Assembly (NCBI RefSeq): GCF_049584895.1
Contig: NZ_JBAUYR010000001.1
Location: 321-64,320, forward strand
Length of the DNA stretch: 64,000 nucleotides
Reading direction: 5' to 3'
Source of the DNA: Candidatus Binatus sp.
Lineage (GTDB): Bacteria; Desulfobacterota; Binatia; Binatales; Binataceae
The translations under genes were made by a program, and so were the position numbers. The number at the start of each line of letters is the position of its first letter. Position 1 is the first letter of the stretch. Below are positions 45,238-55,205 of the stretch, in pieces. A model generated the notes under the pieces. The model had not been told where the DNA came from. It saw only the letters and a program-made list of their open reading frames with translations, and did no database searches.

Positions 45238-45963
45238 TCATTGCGGTGCGACGTCAAGATGAAGCCGTAAGTAAAAGTTGTGGATGCCGAGGCCGCGCAA
45301 GGGAATTTCGATCTGCTGATGAGGTTCGAACATCGCGGGAATCTGCACCGGTATCGATTCCTTTTCTTCGACCACGCCTAGCTCATCGCAGACCTGGCAG
45401 GGTAAGCCGTTGTCTTGTCCGGACCCGTGGCACGCCGGGCATGGATAGATGGCGGGAGCTTCGATCATCGCGACGCCGCCGCGGGCCGCGTCCTCCGGCG
45501 TGAGCGTGAGCTGGACGTCGATCGCCTCGGCGCGCTTTTGCCGCGGCGGCCGGGCTCGAAGAAAGTTTTTCAACACCTGCTCCCGGACCAGATCGAGAGA
45601 AGGCCACGAAATCCGGGAATTGCTCAGAAGGTGGGCGGCGGTCGGAAGATCAGAATCGAGTGGCGAATTCAAATCGGGGAGCGCCCATGTGCGCCTGCTG
45701 GTCACGGCTGGTCCCGCGTCGCTCAAGCCTCGAGCGTAGTCGTCTCTTCGGTCGGGGTCCGACAAAAGGTGATATGCCTCGACGATTTCCTGGTAGAACG
45801 GAGTGCCGTTAGCCCCGACGCTGTCCGGATGGTAGTGCCGCACCAGCTCGTAGAATGCGTGTCTGAGCCCGTTTTCGTGTTCCGTCACGCGGAGGCCCAA
45901 AGTCAGGTAGTAATTTCTCTTCAGCAACGCTTTACCTCCTTCGTCGACGGCGCCTTCAATCAC
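45238..45963 (-). CDS. J-domain protein with a single CxxCxGxG zinc-finger segment (truncated DnaJ-like)
   Basis: 241 aa. The J-domain reads YYLTLGL...LVRHYHPDS...AYHLLSDPDRRDDY, with an intact HPD. The zinc module is CPACHGSGQ...CQVCDELG. There is no Gly/Phe region and no full C-terminal domains. Confidence 0.75.
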   Translation of the reverse strand: MIEGAVDEGGKALLKRNYYLTLGLRVTEHENGLRHAFYELVRHYHPDSVGANGTPFYQEIVEAYHLLSDPDRRDDYARGLSDAGPAVTSRRTWALPDLNSPLDSDLPTAAHLLSNSRISWPSLDLVREQVLKNFLRARPPRQKRAEAIDVQLTLTPEDAARGGVAMIEAPAIYPCPACHGSGQDNGLPCQVCDELGVVEEKESIPVQIPAMFEPHQQIEIPLRGLGIHNFYLRLHLDVAPQ

Positions 45964-46523
45964 ACGACGACCACCCTCAGCTGCAACATCAGGTTGTGAA
46001 TTCCGATCCCGCTTAGATCCATCTCGAATACTTCGCCGTCGTGGGTATCGCGCGGAATCTCAAACATCACTTGCGAGCGGCGGCTGAAGAGGCTCACCGG
46101 CAAATGGCATCCGAAGCGCGCATCCTCGCGATGCAACGTCGCGTCAAGACCAAGACGGCGGTAGGGTCCGTCACTTTTGCGGCGATACCCGTGAAAGTTC
46201 TGCGAAATGTGGTCGCGCAACTCTTCGAGAGAAGGCGTCATGGAAGTGAAATCATCAGGAATCGTGACCGGCGGTTTCCATCGCGGCGTCTCGGCCGCGA
46301 AAGTCCGCCGGCCAGTCAACAGCTCGATATCGTGCGCGCGACGCCGATCCGGATTGCTCAAGACGAGGTAGGCATCCTGGGTATCCCGGTATTGCTCCGG
46401 ATCGGGACGCGCGCCAACGTTGGGATCGACGGTAAACATGATTCGCCGGTATGCGAGCAGAATCTCAGCCGGATCGGCTCGCATCGGGACCGCCAGTCGC
46501 TGGTAAAAGTTGCTCTTGCGCAC
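45960..46523 (-). CDS. J-like domain protein lacking the HPD motif
   Basis: 187 aa. NFYQRLAV...AYRRIMFTVDPN...DAYLVLSNPDRRRAHD follows the J-domain layout, but VDP replaces HPD. The C-terminal GIGIHNLMLQLRVVV parallels GLGIHNFYLRLHLDV of the downstream partner. There is a 4-nt overlap with that gene. Confidence 0.65.
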   Translation of the reverse strand: MRKSNFYQRLAVPMRADPAEILLAYRRIMFTVDPNVGARPDPEQYRDTQDAYLVLSNPDRRRAHDIELLTGRRTFAAETPRWKPPVTIPDDFTSMTPSLEELRDHISQNFHGYRRKSDGPYRRLGLDATLHREDARFGCHLPVSLFSRRSQVMFEIPRDTHDGEVFEMDLSGIGIHNLMLQLRVVVV

Positions 46524-46538
46524 GAGCGATCACCGCGG

Positions 46539-47000
46539 TTACGTAGCTCGAACTTCGATCCGCTTCGCCTTTGCATCTTCGGCCTTCGGAAGAACGATGC
46601 GCAGCAGCCCATTTTTGAATTTGGCGCGGGCGCTGTCCGCGTCGATTCCCGGCGGCAGGGGAATCACCCGCGTGAATTCGGTGACACCCCTCTCCAGGCG
46701 GTAGTAGTTGCTGCCGCGCTCCTCATTCTCGAGGTTTTTCTGGCCGCGCAGGATCAGTCGATTGTCCATGACCTCGATTTGGACGTCGTTCTCGTCGAAG
46801 CCCGGAATCTCCGCGACGACTACGACTTCATCGTCTTTATCTTCGAAATCCACCGGCGGACCGAAGGCCATGCTCGACAGTTGCTGTCCATCTGTTGTGC
46901 CGTCTTTGCGCCGACGCCTCCATCGATCGAGCATGGAGTGAATGTCCTCTCGCAAGCGGCTGATCGATCGCTTCACAGGTTCAGGGATTATCTGGGCCAT
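46539..47000 (-). CDS. Hsp20 family small heat-shock protein
   Basis: 153 aa. The alpha-crystallin domain reads PPVDFEDKDDEVVVVAEIPGFDENDVQIEV....LILRG...F.R.IPLP...AKFKNGLLRIVLPK. Confidence 0.9.
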   Translation of the reverse strand: MAQIIPEPVKRSISRLREDIHSMLDRWRRRRKDGTTDGQQLSSMAFGPPVDFEDKDDEVVVVAEIPGFDENDVQIEVMDNRLILRGQKNLENEERGSNYYRLERGVTEFTRVIPLPPGIDADSARAKFKNGLLRIVLPKAEDAKAKRIEVRAT

Positions 47001-47046
47001 ATAGCTGACCTCCCGATCTGACTGTTCGGGGCGTTCCGCCCCGGTA

Positions 47047-47478
47047 TCAGCTCACCTTGACGTCGATTTTCTTTGGCTTCGCCTTTTCCGATTTCGGGAG
47101 ATTGAGCGACAACACCCCGTATTTGAGTTCCGCGTTGATTTTGTCGGTTGCGATGTCTTCGCTGATCTCGAACTGCCGGAAGAAACCAGTCAGCTCGATC
47201 TCGCGATATATCGGTTCTCCCTTGACGAGATGCTGCGCCTTGCCCTGGATAGTCAGCGTGTCCTGATCGACACGAACTTCGAGGTTCTCCTTGGGAACTC
47301 CCGGCATATCGGCCAGCAGGACCAGCGAGTTCTGAGTTTCATAGATATCCACCGGCGGAGGCGCGTAGCGCTCGGCTGCACGCGTCATCTCCGAGGAGCT
47401 GCCATTCGTCTGTGACCCATTTGATCCATTCATAGCGGGTACTGTTTTCTCTGGCATGGCTGTTATCCTCTTGCGCAC
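47047..47478 (-). CDS. Hsp20 family small heat-shock protein
   Basis: 143 aa. The sequence reads PPVDIYETQNSLVLLADMPGVPKENLEVRV....LTIQG...F.RQFE....AELKYGVLSLNLPK. Confidence 0.9.
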   Translation of the reverse strand: MRKRITAMPEKTVPAMNGSNGSQTNGSSSEMTRAAERYAPPPVDIYETQNSLVLLADMPGVPKENLEVRVDQDTLTIQGKAQHLVKGEPIYREIELTGFFRQFEISEDIATDKINAELKYGVLSLNLPKSEKAKPKKIDVKVS

Positions 47479-47511
47479 TTTTGGCGATTCAGTTGAGCGG
47501 GCTCAGGAGAC

Positions 47512-47958
47512 CTACACTTGAATCTGCCTGGGTTTTGCTTTTTCGGATTTGGGCATCGTGATGAGAATCAGCCCGTTCTTGTATTCCGCGCTGATCTTGT
47601 CCTCGTCAATTTCGACCGGCAGCGTGATGGTGCGCACAAATTTGCCGGTCGCGCGCTCCTCGCGATGGAACATTTCGGGCTTGATCTCGCTCGGCAGCCG
47701 CCTTTTTTCGCCCGAGATAGTCAGGTCGTTGCGCACGACGGTGAGGTTCAGAGACTCCGGATCGATTCCGGGAGCCACCGCCTCAACGTAGAGATTGTCC
47801 TTGTCCCCGTGAAGGTTGATGAGCGGATAGGCGCGCGCGAGCCGGCCCGGCAGAAACGCCTTGCGCAAAAACGGCTCCGTCGGGACGAAATCGTCGAACG
47901 CGCGATCTATCTCGCGATGAAGCATGTCCATTTCGTCAACTGCGGTTGATTGATTCAT
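47512..47958 (-). CDS. Hsp20 family small heat-shock protein
   Basis: 148 aa. The sequence reads PLINLHGDKDNLYVEAVAPGIDPESLNLTV....LTISGEK...F.RTITLP...AEYKNGLILITMPK. Confidence 0.9.
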   Translation of the reverse strand: MNQSTAVDEMDMLHREIDRAFDDFVPTEPFLRKAFLPGRLARAYPLINLHGDKDNLYVEAVAPGIDPESLNLTVVRNDLTISGEKRRLPSEIKPEMFHREERATGKFVRTITLPVEIDEDKISAEYKNGLILITMPKSEKAKPRQIQV

Positions 47959-48017
47959 AGATGCACTCTCCTTGTGAGCGGCTAGTCTCTAACTTGCGGT
48001 ATGGATAAGCTGGGGGG

Positions 48018-48034
48018 TAGCAAACACCGCGCCG
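48018..48034 (-). promoter_or_regulatory. candidate sigma54 (-24/-12) promoter for the hsp20-led stress array
   Basis: The minus strand reads TCGGCGCGGTGTTTGCTA. The GG and GC dinucleotides are spaced exactly as in TGGCAC-N5-TTGC. The site lies about 60 nt upstream of the first hsp20 start (47958), and a sigma54 activator gene is 2.7 kb away. Confidence 0.45.
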
Positions 48035-48239
48035 AAGGAGATCGTCGCAGTCCGTTAATCTTCGGATCGCAGAAGTACCCGCGGTCTGGGGAATTTGCTC
48101 TGCGGCGGTGGGGTAGAAGCCACACCGGCCCGCAAGTGCCAATTCGATCTGAATGGGCTGAGGAAGTCGCGGACTTCGGAGCCGCCATCGCCGCCGGCTA
48201 ATTAATCAAAGCGGCCCTCAAACACTGAGGGGAACCATC

Positions 48240-49532
48240 ATGAGTGAATTCCTGAGCAAGCTGTTCTCGTCGGATTTCATGCCGCACGGTGACTGCTATC
48301 TGTGGAGGCCGGAAATTGTCTGGTTGCACGCGACGTCCGACACGCTGATTGCGCTGTCGTATTATCTGATTCCGATCGTCCTGATTTATTTCGTCCGCAA
48401 GCGGACGGATCTTCCGTTCAACTGGATATTCGTGATGTTTGGAGTCTTCATCCTGGCGTGCGGAACTACGCACGTGATGGAAGTGGTGACGCTCTGGGAT
48501 CCCGTGTACCGGCTCTCCGGAGTCATCAAAGCTTTCACCGCAGTAGTATCAATCGCGACGGCGGTGATGCTGGTGAAGTTGATTCCTAACGCGCTGGCGC
48601 TTCCCAGCCCAACGCAGCTTCGGACGGCCAACCTCAATCTCGAAAATGAAATCAAACACCGGCGCCGGGTCGAGGAGGCGCTGCATCAGGCGCACGATGA
48701 ATCGGAAGCCAAGGTCCAGGAACGCACCGCCCAACTTGCCAGTACCAATGAAGAACTGCGCAAACAAATCGTCGAACGGCAACATGCGGAGGAGGCATTG
48801 CATACCGCGCAGAGCGGGCTTGCGCATGTGACTCGGGTCACGTCGATGGGCGAGCTGATGGCGTCGATCGCGCACGAAGTGAATCAGCCACTCTCCGCTA
48901 TCATCACCAATGGCAGCGCGGCCCAACGCTGGCTCGCGGGCGAGACACCGAACCTGGAAGAAGCCCGGACGTCGATAACCCGGATGATCAGGCAGGGAAA
49001 CCGGGCGAGTGAGTTGATTAAGGAGATTCGCGCGTTCGTAAAGAAATCTCCTCCGCAGAAGAGCCGAGTGGAAATCAACGATGTCATTCGCGAGACGGTG
49101 ACGTTAGTGAGCAGAGAGAGTCTACGGAACAACGTGGCGCTGCTAACCGATTTAGGCACCGACTTGCCGGCGCTGACTGCGGATCGTGTGCAACTGCAAC
49201 AGGTGCTGCTGAATCTGATGATGAACGGGATCGAAGCCATGAGCGCGATCGAAAACCGGTCCCGGCAACTCTCGATCAGGTCGGAGCCACAAGAGAACCC
49301 GGACGGCGTGCTGGTCGCGGTGCGGGACAGCGGCATGGGAATCAGTCCGCAGAATCTCGAGAGATTGTTCGAGACGTTCTTCACCACCAAAGCCGAAGGC
49401 ATGGGCATGGGACTCGCGATCGGACGTTCAATCGTGGAGGCGCACGGCGGCAGGCTGTGGGCCGAAGCGAATCCGGACCATGGCGCGACATTTCGATTTA
49501 TGATTCCGACTGTCGGTGAAGCCTCACCATGA
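48240..49532 (+). CDS. sensor histidine kinase with an ethylene-receptor-like N-terminal transmembrane domain
   Basis: 430 aa. The N-terminal 125 aa align with the ethylene-binding domain of plant ETR1 (see findings). This is followed by a coiled coil, the DHp motif [13 protein letters not shown] and the HATPase motifs ([23 protein letters not shown]). Confidence 0.85.
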   Translation: MSEFLSKLFSSDFMPHGDCYLWRPEIVWLHATSDTLIALSYYLIPIVLIYFVRKRTDLPFNWIFVMFGVFILACGTTHVMEVVTLWDPVYRLSGVIKAFTAVVSIATAVMLVKLIPNALALPSPTQLRTANLNLENEIKHRRRVEEALHQAHDESEAKVQERTAQLASTNEELRKQIVERQHAEEALHTAQSGLAHVTRVTSMGELMASIAHEVNQPLSAIITNGSAAQRWLAGETPNLEEARTSITRMIRQGNRASELIKEIRAFVKKSPPQKSRVEINDVIRETVTLVSRESLRNNVALLTDLGTDLPALTADRVQLQQVLLNLMMNGIEAMSAIENRSRQLSIRSEPQENPDGVLVAVRDSGMGISPQNLERLFETFFTTKAEGMGMGLAIGRSIVEAHGGRLWAEANPDHGATFRFMIPTVGEASP

Positions 49533-50170
49533 GCAAGCAGGAAATGAGCAAGCCGGAATCGATCGTCTATGTAGTCGACGACGACGAGTCGGTGCGCGAG
49601 GCGATTGAAAATCTGATCCGCTCGGTGGGCCTGCACGTCGAGGCCTTCGCGTCCGCGCAGGATTTTCTCCGCAGCAAGCGGCCCGACGTTCCAGGATGCC
49701 TCGTGCTCGACATCCGGTTACCGGGCTTCAGCGGTCTCCAACTCCAGCGCAAGCTGGCCGATGCTGATATCAAGATCCCGATCGTCTTCATGACCGGTCA
49801 CGGCGACATCCCGATGACCGTGAAGGCGATGAAGGCCGGCGCGGTCGAGTTTTTGACCAAGCCGTTTCGCGATCAGGATCTGCTCGACGCGATCCAGCAG
49901 GGGATCGAGACCGATCGCTCGGCGCGGCGTGAACGAAGTTTGACCGACGATTTGCGCGAGCGTTACGAGTCGCTAACTCCGCGCGAACGGGAAGTGATGC
50001 GGCTGGTTGTCTCAGGCCTGCTCAACAAACAGATTGCCGGCGAGCTCGGGACCAGTGAAATCACGGTCAAGACTCAGCGCGGCCAGGTCATGCAAAAGAT
50101 GGGTGCGGGTTCGCTGGCGGATCTAGTCAGGATGGCGGAAAGACTCGGAGTGCGGGCACCTAAGGATTAG
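49529..50170 (+). CDS. FixJ/LuxR-type response regulator
   Basis: 213 aa with an ATGA overlap with the kinase. The receiver reads [13 protein letters not shown]...LVLDIRLPG...TGHGD...KPF. The LuxR HTH reads [36 protein letters not shown]. Confidence 0.9.
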   Translation: MSKQEMSKPESIVYVVDDDESVREAIENLIRSVGLHVEAFASAQDFLRSKRPDVPGCLVLDIRLPGFSGLQLQRKLADADIKIPIVFMTGHGDIPMTVKAMKAGAVEFLTKPFRDQDLLDAIQQGIETDRSARRERSLTDDLRERYESLTPREREVMRLVVSGLLNKQIAGELGTSEITVKTQRGQVMQKMGAGSLADLVRMAERLGVRAPKD

Positions 50171-50266
50171 AACTCAGACACCAACGTATAATAGACGCCA
50201 CAGCGCATTGCGCGGTACTTTTTGTTCATGACGAACACAAGTACACGCTCAACAACGGAGGCGGAC

Positions 50267-50653
50267 ATGAAATCCGTACAGCCAGCGTTGTTTGCGATTG
50301 TCGACGATGATGAATCGGTCCGCGACGCGGTCGGGAGCCTGTTCCGATCGATGGGATTCCAGGCCGAGCCGTTTGCAGGCGGCCAGGAGTTCCTGGGATC
50401 GCCTAAGCTGCGCGCCTTCCGGTGCTTGATCCTCGACGTGCAGATGCCGGGAATGGACGGTCTGGAACTGCAGCAGCGATTGGCCGCGGCATCTTTCCCA
50501 ATTCCGATCATCTTCATCACTGCGTATAACGACGAAAACGCGCGGTCGCGCGCGCTGCGAGGCGGCGCTGTGAGCTTCCTTACCAAGCCATTCAGCGAAG
50601 ATGCGCTGCTGGGTGCAGTGCAATCGGCGATAGAAGTCGAAGTTCTAAACTAG
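50267..50653 (+). CDS. stand-alone receiver-domain response regulator
   Basis: The start is at MKSVQPA (50267), with GGAGG upstream. It is 128 aa and reads [13 protein letters not shown]...[12 protein letters not shown]...ITAY...KPF, with no output domain. Confidence 0.8.
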   Translation: MKSVQPALFAIVDDDESVRDAVGSLFRSMGFQAEPFAGGQEFLGSPKLRAFRCLILDVQMPGMDGLELQQRLAAASFPIPIIFITAYNDENARSRALRGGAVSFLTKPFSEDALLGAVQSAIEVEVLN

Positions 50654-50768
50654 CGGAGAGAAATTTGTGGCGACACGCGGCGCATCGAAATTGATGCGAC
50701 CCTGGAAGGATCTATGTGATTTGAGGAAATAGGTTCTCTGAACGTTCCTCACCTCGAGGTGAATTATC

Positions 50769-51968
<1,200 letters not shown>

Positions 51969-51987
51969 TGCGCCTTTCGTGAGCCAA

Positions 51988-52020
51988 AGTCGGCGGTCCC
52001 GCGGATGTGGACCGCCGACT
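51988..52020 (+). terminator. 12-bp-stem hairpin after the sigma54 activator gene
   Basis: AGTCGGCGGTCC (51988-51999) pairs with GGACCGCCGACT (52009-52020) around a 9-nt loop. It starts 20 nt after the stop. There is no clear U-tract. Confidence 0.35.
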
Positions 52021-52153
52021 ACAGTAGTGTGGCGCGCAGGCCACAGACGTCATTTTCCGCCTGCTTTCTAAATCGTTTTGCAACAACGGTGAGCGGGTGT
52101 CGGACTATGGCATGAAATACGCAGGGCCCTGTGGATGTAAGAGGGCCTCGCTT

Positions 52154-52804
52154 GTGAAGACTGACACTGAACTGAAGCGCGACGTCGAGCGGGCGCTTGA
52201 CTGGGATCCCAGCATCGACGCCCGCGAAATAGCGGTCACGGTTAAAAACGGCGTCGTCACTCTCACGGGGCACGTATCTAGCTACGCAGAAAAATGGACC
52301 GCGGAGCGCGTGGCGAAAAATGTCGCTGGTGTAACAGCCTTGGCCAACGACATCCGGGTCAAGCTGGACAATCAACGAACCGACGCTGAGATAGCAGAAT
52401 CCGCGAGGGCGGCACTCAAGCTCGATAGCAGAATACCCGCCGACCGCGTGAAAGTGATCGTGTCGAATGGCTGGGTCACGTTGGAAGGAACGGTTGATTA
52501 CTACTACCAGAAAGCGGCGGCCGAGAGTCAGGTTCGTTACATAGTAGGGGTAAAGGGCGTCACGAACGCAATCGAGGTCGTGCCGCCGATAGCATCGCCC
52601 GCAGACGTCAAGACCAGGATCGAAGAGGCGCTCAAACGAACCGCGCAACTCGATGCCAAAAACATAACTGTCGAGACCAGGGGCAGCAAGGTAATCCTGA
52701 CCGGCACTGTACATTCATGGGCTGAACGCCACGAAGCCGAGTTGGCTGCGTGCTCGGCGCCGGGAGTCTCGGAAGTCGAAAACCATCTGATCGTTGTGAC
52801 CTGA
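52154..52804 (+). CDS. BON-domain protein (paralogue of 44562-45209)
   Basis: The GTG at 52154 (GAGGG upstream) gives MKTDTELKRDVERALDWDPSIDAREIAVTVKNGVVTLTGHV. This is collinear with the paralogue MKTDFELRHDVERELEEDPSVDARDIAVTAKNGVVTLTGRV. The ORF-track start at 52097 is an alternative. Confidence 0.8.
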   Translation: MKTDTELKRDVERALDWDPSIDAREIAVTVKNGVVTLTGHVSSYAEKWTAERVAKNVAGVTALANDIRVKLDNQRTDAEIAESARAALKLDSRIPADRVKVIVSNGWVTLEGTVDYYYQKAAAESQVRYIVGVKGVTNAIEVVPPIASPADVKTRIEEALKRTAQLDAKNITVETRGSKVILTGTVHSWAERHEAELAACSAPGVSEVENHLIVVT

Positions 52805-53382
52805 TGATACTTACAAGGCTCACTCACTACTGGTGGACATATGTAGTCCGCGGCATTCTGGCCATTGCGTTCGGCATGGTCGCCGCTGGGTGGCCTCGAT
52901 TAACCGTCGGGGCTCTGACTATTGCTTTCGGAGCATATGCCCTGGCCGATGGGTTATTTCTGTTTGGCTGCGCGATCGGCGAATGGCGTCACGTAAACGA
53001 TCCCTGGCTGATGCTCCTTGAAGGGATCATAGGAGTCCTTATCGGCGCTATCGTGACAATCTACGCGCCTGCACTCATAGGGCTAGGCCTGCCTATCTGC
53101 GTCGCCGCCTGGAGTCTCGCTGTAGGCGTGTTCGAGACTGCCACGGCTATTCTGCTCCGCCGGGAAGCGGAGAGTGAGCTATGGCTGTTGACGACTGGCA
53201 TCGCCGCGATCGCGTTTGCGGTGCTGCTGGTGTTCCTGATGGGCTTTCCGGCCGCCGAAGCATTCGTATTGCGATGGCTGATTGCAACCTATGCGATTTT
53301 CTTTGGAGTCCTATTGATGGGTTCAGGTATCAGTCTGCACGAGCTGCTGATGGACCTGGAGCTGGGAGTCATTGGAGATTGA
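52804..53382 (+). CDS. HdeD/DUF308 family membrane protein (paralogue of 39995-40606)
   Basis: The ATG overlaps the BON stop by 1 nt (TGATG). HYWWTYVVRGILAIAFGMVAAGWP is the DUF308 signature. Confidence 0.75.
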   Translation: MILTRLTHYWWTYVVRGILAIAFGMVAAGWPRLTVGALTIAFGAYALADGLFLFGCAIGEWRHVNDPWLMLLEGIIGVLIGAIVTIYAPALIGLGLPICVAAWSLAVGVFETATAILLRREAESELWLLTTGIAAIAFAVLLVFLMGFPAAEAFVLRWLIATYAIFFGVLLMGSGISLHELLMDLELGVIGD

Positions 53383-53404
53383 AGATCGGGAGGGGATCCA
53401 GAAC

Positions 53405-54574
53405 GTGTTGAGCAAAAACGATATTCAGTTCATCAAGGAATCTATCGCTCCACACACCGCGCCGGTGCTGTCTCTCTACTTCGATGCTAACCCCGCGGAA
53501 CCGACTAACCAAAAGCGCGGATGGTTGGTGCGGGTCAAGGATTCGTTGAAAGGTCTCGACCTCCCACGAGAGCTCGCGCCAAAGGTTATCAAGGAACTTG
53601 ATTTGATAATTCCTGCGGCACGCACGTATGTCGTCTTCGCAGACAATAATGATCTCATGAAGATCTACGCGCTCCAGGTGGATCTGCCGGTGGTCGACCT
53701 AGCTCACAGTCGAATCGAGGTTCGATGGGGCAAGCCCTACGTCTTCCCGCTGGTGTATGCCATCGATGAATATTCGCGGCAGGGAGTCGTATTGCTCGAC
53801 AAGGCGAAGTGGCACTTCTACACGTTGCATCTCGGCGAAATCCACGAAGTCGCCGACGCGTTCCTCGATATACCGCGGGACCACTCACGCAAGGACGAGA
53901 AAAGGCCGGCGATGCGCTTCGAGCAAGGTCTGGTCTTACGGGGCGGTGCGGAAGGCGATCACTTCGAACGACACATAGAAGCTTCAGTCCAACGCTTCTA
54001 CAAGCACAATGCAAGTGTTCTCGAGAAATTGGTCGCTGCCTGGCATATCGATGAGCTGATCTTCATGGGCCCGAACGAAGACACTCGCTTCTTTGAGAGC
54101 TACCTTCCGAAGGCGCTTCGCCAACGGGTTATAGGATACGCGCCATCGCTTCCCAAGCCGGCTCCATCGGCGGGTGAAGTGTTACAGAAGGTCGCGCCTA
54201 TCATCGAGGAGAAGATGCAGGCGACCGAACAGGCGCTTCTGGACGAGATTCGCGATGTTGGCAGATGGACAATCCCTACCGTCCTTAATGATCTGCAGAT
54301 GGGCAGGCTCCATCTGCTGGTAGCTCCCTGGAAGGTAGAAAGCGACGTGTTGCGTTGCGCTCGAGGACTGGTGGTTGAAGACCAGGCCGCGGCAAAAGCG
54401 TACTGCCCGGGACAAGCTACCCAAGAGGTAGCCTTGCGTGACGTGCTGCCTGACCTTGCGGTAGCTCACGGCGCGCGGCTCGAGTTTGTTCATGGCGAAT
54501 CTGAATCACGTTTGCTCAACGAGTTCGGCGGACTGGCCGGACTTTCACGATGGAGAAGAGTCAAGGAGGACTAA
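53405..54574 (+). CDS. bacterial eRF1-like (baeRF / VLRF1-Vms1-type) protein
   Basis: The N-terminal ...APVLSLYFDANP, the central LRGGAEGDHFERHIE.SVQRFYKHNA and the C-terminal LEFVHGE....L..FGGLAGLSRW follow the layout of bacterial eRF1/Vms1-like proteins as I recall them (pvlSvYLD ... GG....qrr.e ... GGigA.LRy). The start is uncertain: GTG at 53405 with GGGAGGGG upstream, or TTG at 53372. Confidence 0.55.
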   Translation: MLSKNDIQFIKESIAPHTAPVLSLYFDANPAEPTNQKRGWLVRVKDSLKGLDLPRELAPKVIKELDLIIPAARTYVVFADNNDLMKIYALQVDLPVVDLAHSRIEVRWGKPYVFPLVYAIDEYSRQGVVLLDKAKWHFYTLHLGEIHEVADAFLDIPRDHSRKDEKRPAMRFEQGLVLRGGAEGDHFERHIEASVQRFYKHNASVLEKLVAAWHIDELIFMGPNEDTRFFESYLPKALRQRVIGYAPSLPKPAPSAGEVLQKVAPIIEEKMQATEQALLDEIRDVGRWTIPTVLNDLQMGRLHLLVAPWKVESDVLRCARGLVVEDQAAAKAYCPGQATQEVALRDVLPDLAVAHGARLEFVHGESESRLLNEFGGLAGLSRWRRVKED

Positions 54575-54575
54575 C

Positions 54576-55196
54576 ATGATGAAACCTGAAACCCGGCTAT
54601 ATGCCCTGCTGACACTTATCGGTGCCATAGTAGGAGGCGCCATGACCCAACTCGGCGCGAGTGCTGCGGTGGCGTCGGGGCATGTGCGGACGCTGAGCGC
54701 CGAACAGTTTGTGCTTCTCGATCGCGACGGAACCCAGCGCGCGGTGATGAAGGTGGCGTCGGACGGGACCACCCACCTGGCGATGTACGACGGTTATAAA
54801 CGCGATCGCGCGGATTTCCGCGTGACTAAGGATGGAGCCGCCGCGATAGGCTTTTACGATCAAAGCGGATCGCCACGCGTGCTCGTAGGCGCATCTATTG
54901 ACGGCAGGAACGGCCTCGCAATCTACAGCACCGGCGGCAAGCAAATCGCGAGCTTGGCCGTCACGGAAAATAACGAGGCCAGCCTGACGTTGTACGACCC
55001 TAAAACTGGAATGGCGCGCGCCGGCCTGGGCACCGGTCCCAATGGTACACCTGCGTTGGCGCTGTTCGATCAGAGCGGCACCGACCGCGCCGAAATTCAC
55101 GTCAGAGCCGACGGCAAGGGCGGACTCGTGCTCGTCGACGAGAACAACAAGGCCATCAGGCTGCCCGAACTCTCAACAACAACGGCGCAGCGCTAG
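54576..55196 (+). CDS. exported protein made of about seven 23-residue repeats
   Basis: The ATG at 54576 is preceded by AAGGAGGA. The signal-like N-terminus reads LYALLTLIGAIVGGAMTQLGASAAVA. The repeats have the form L.[LF][YF]D..G..R........DG... Confidence 0.7.
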   Translation: MMKPETRLYALLTLIGAIVGGAMTQLGASAAVASGHVRTLSAEQFVLLDRDGTQRAVMKVASDGTTHLAMYDGYKRDRADFRVTKDGAAAIGFYDQSGSPRVLVGASIDGRNGLAIYSTGGKQIASLAVTENNEASLTLYDPKTGMARAGLGTGPNGTPALALFDQSGTDRAEIHVRADGKGGLVLVDENNKAIRLPELSTTTAQR

Positions 55197-55205
55197 GAGG
55201 ATCCA

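Noticed and set aside
46041-47021. 326-aa plus-strand ORF
   Set aside because: It runs antisense across the J-like gene and an Hsp20 gene, both of which have clear family motifs. Its Arg/Ala/Pro-rich composition is typical of shadow ORFs in high-GC DNA.
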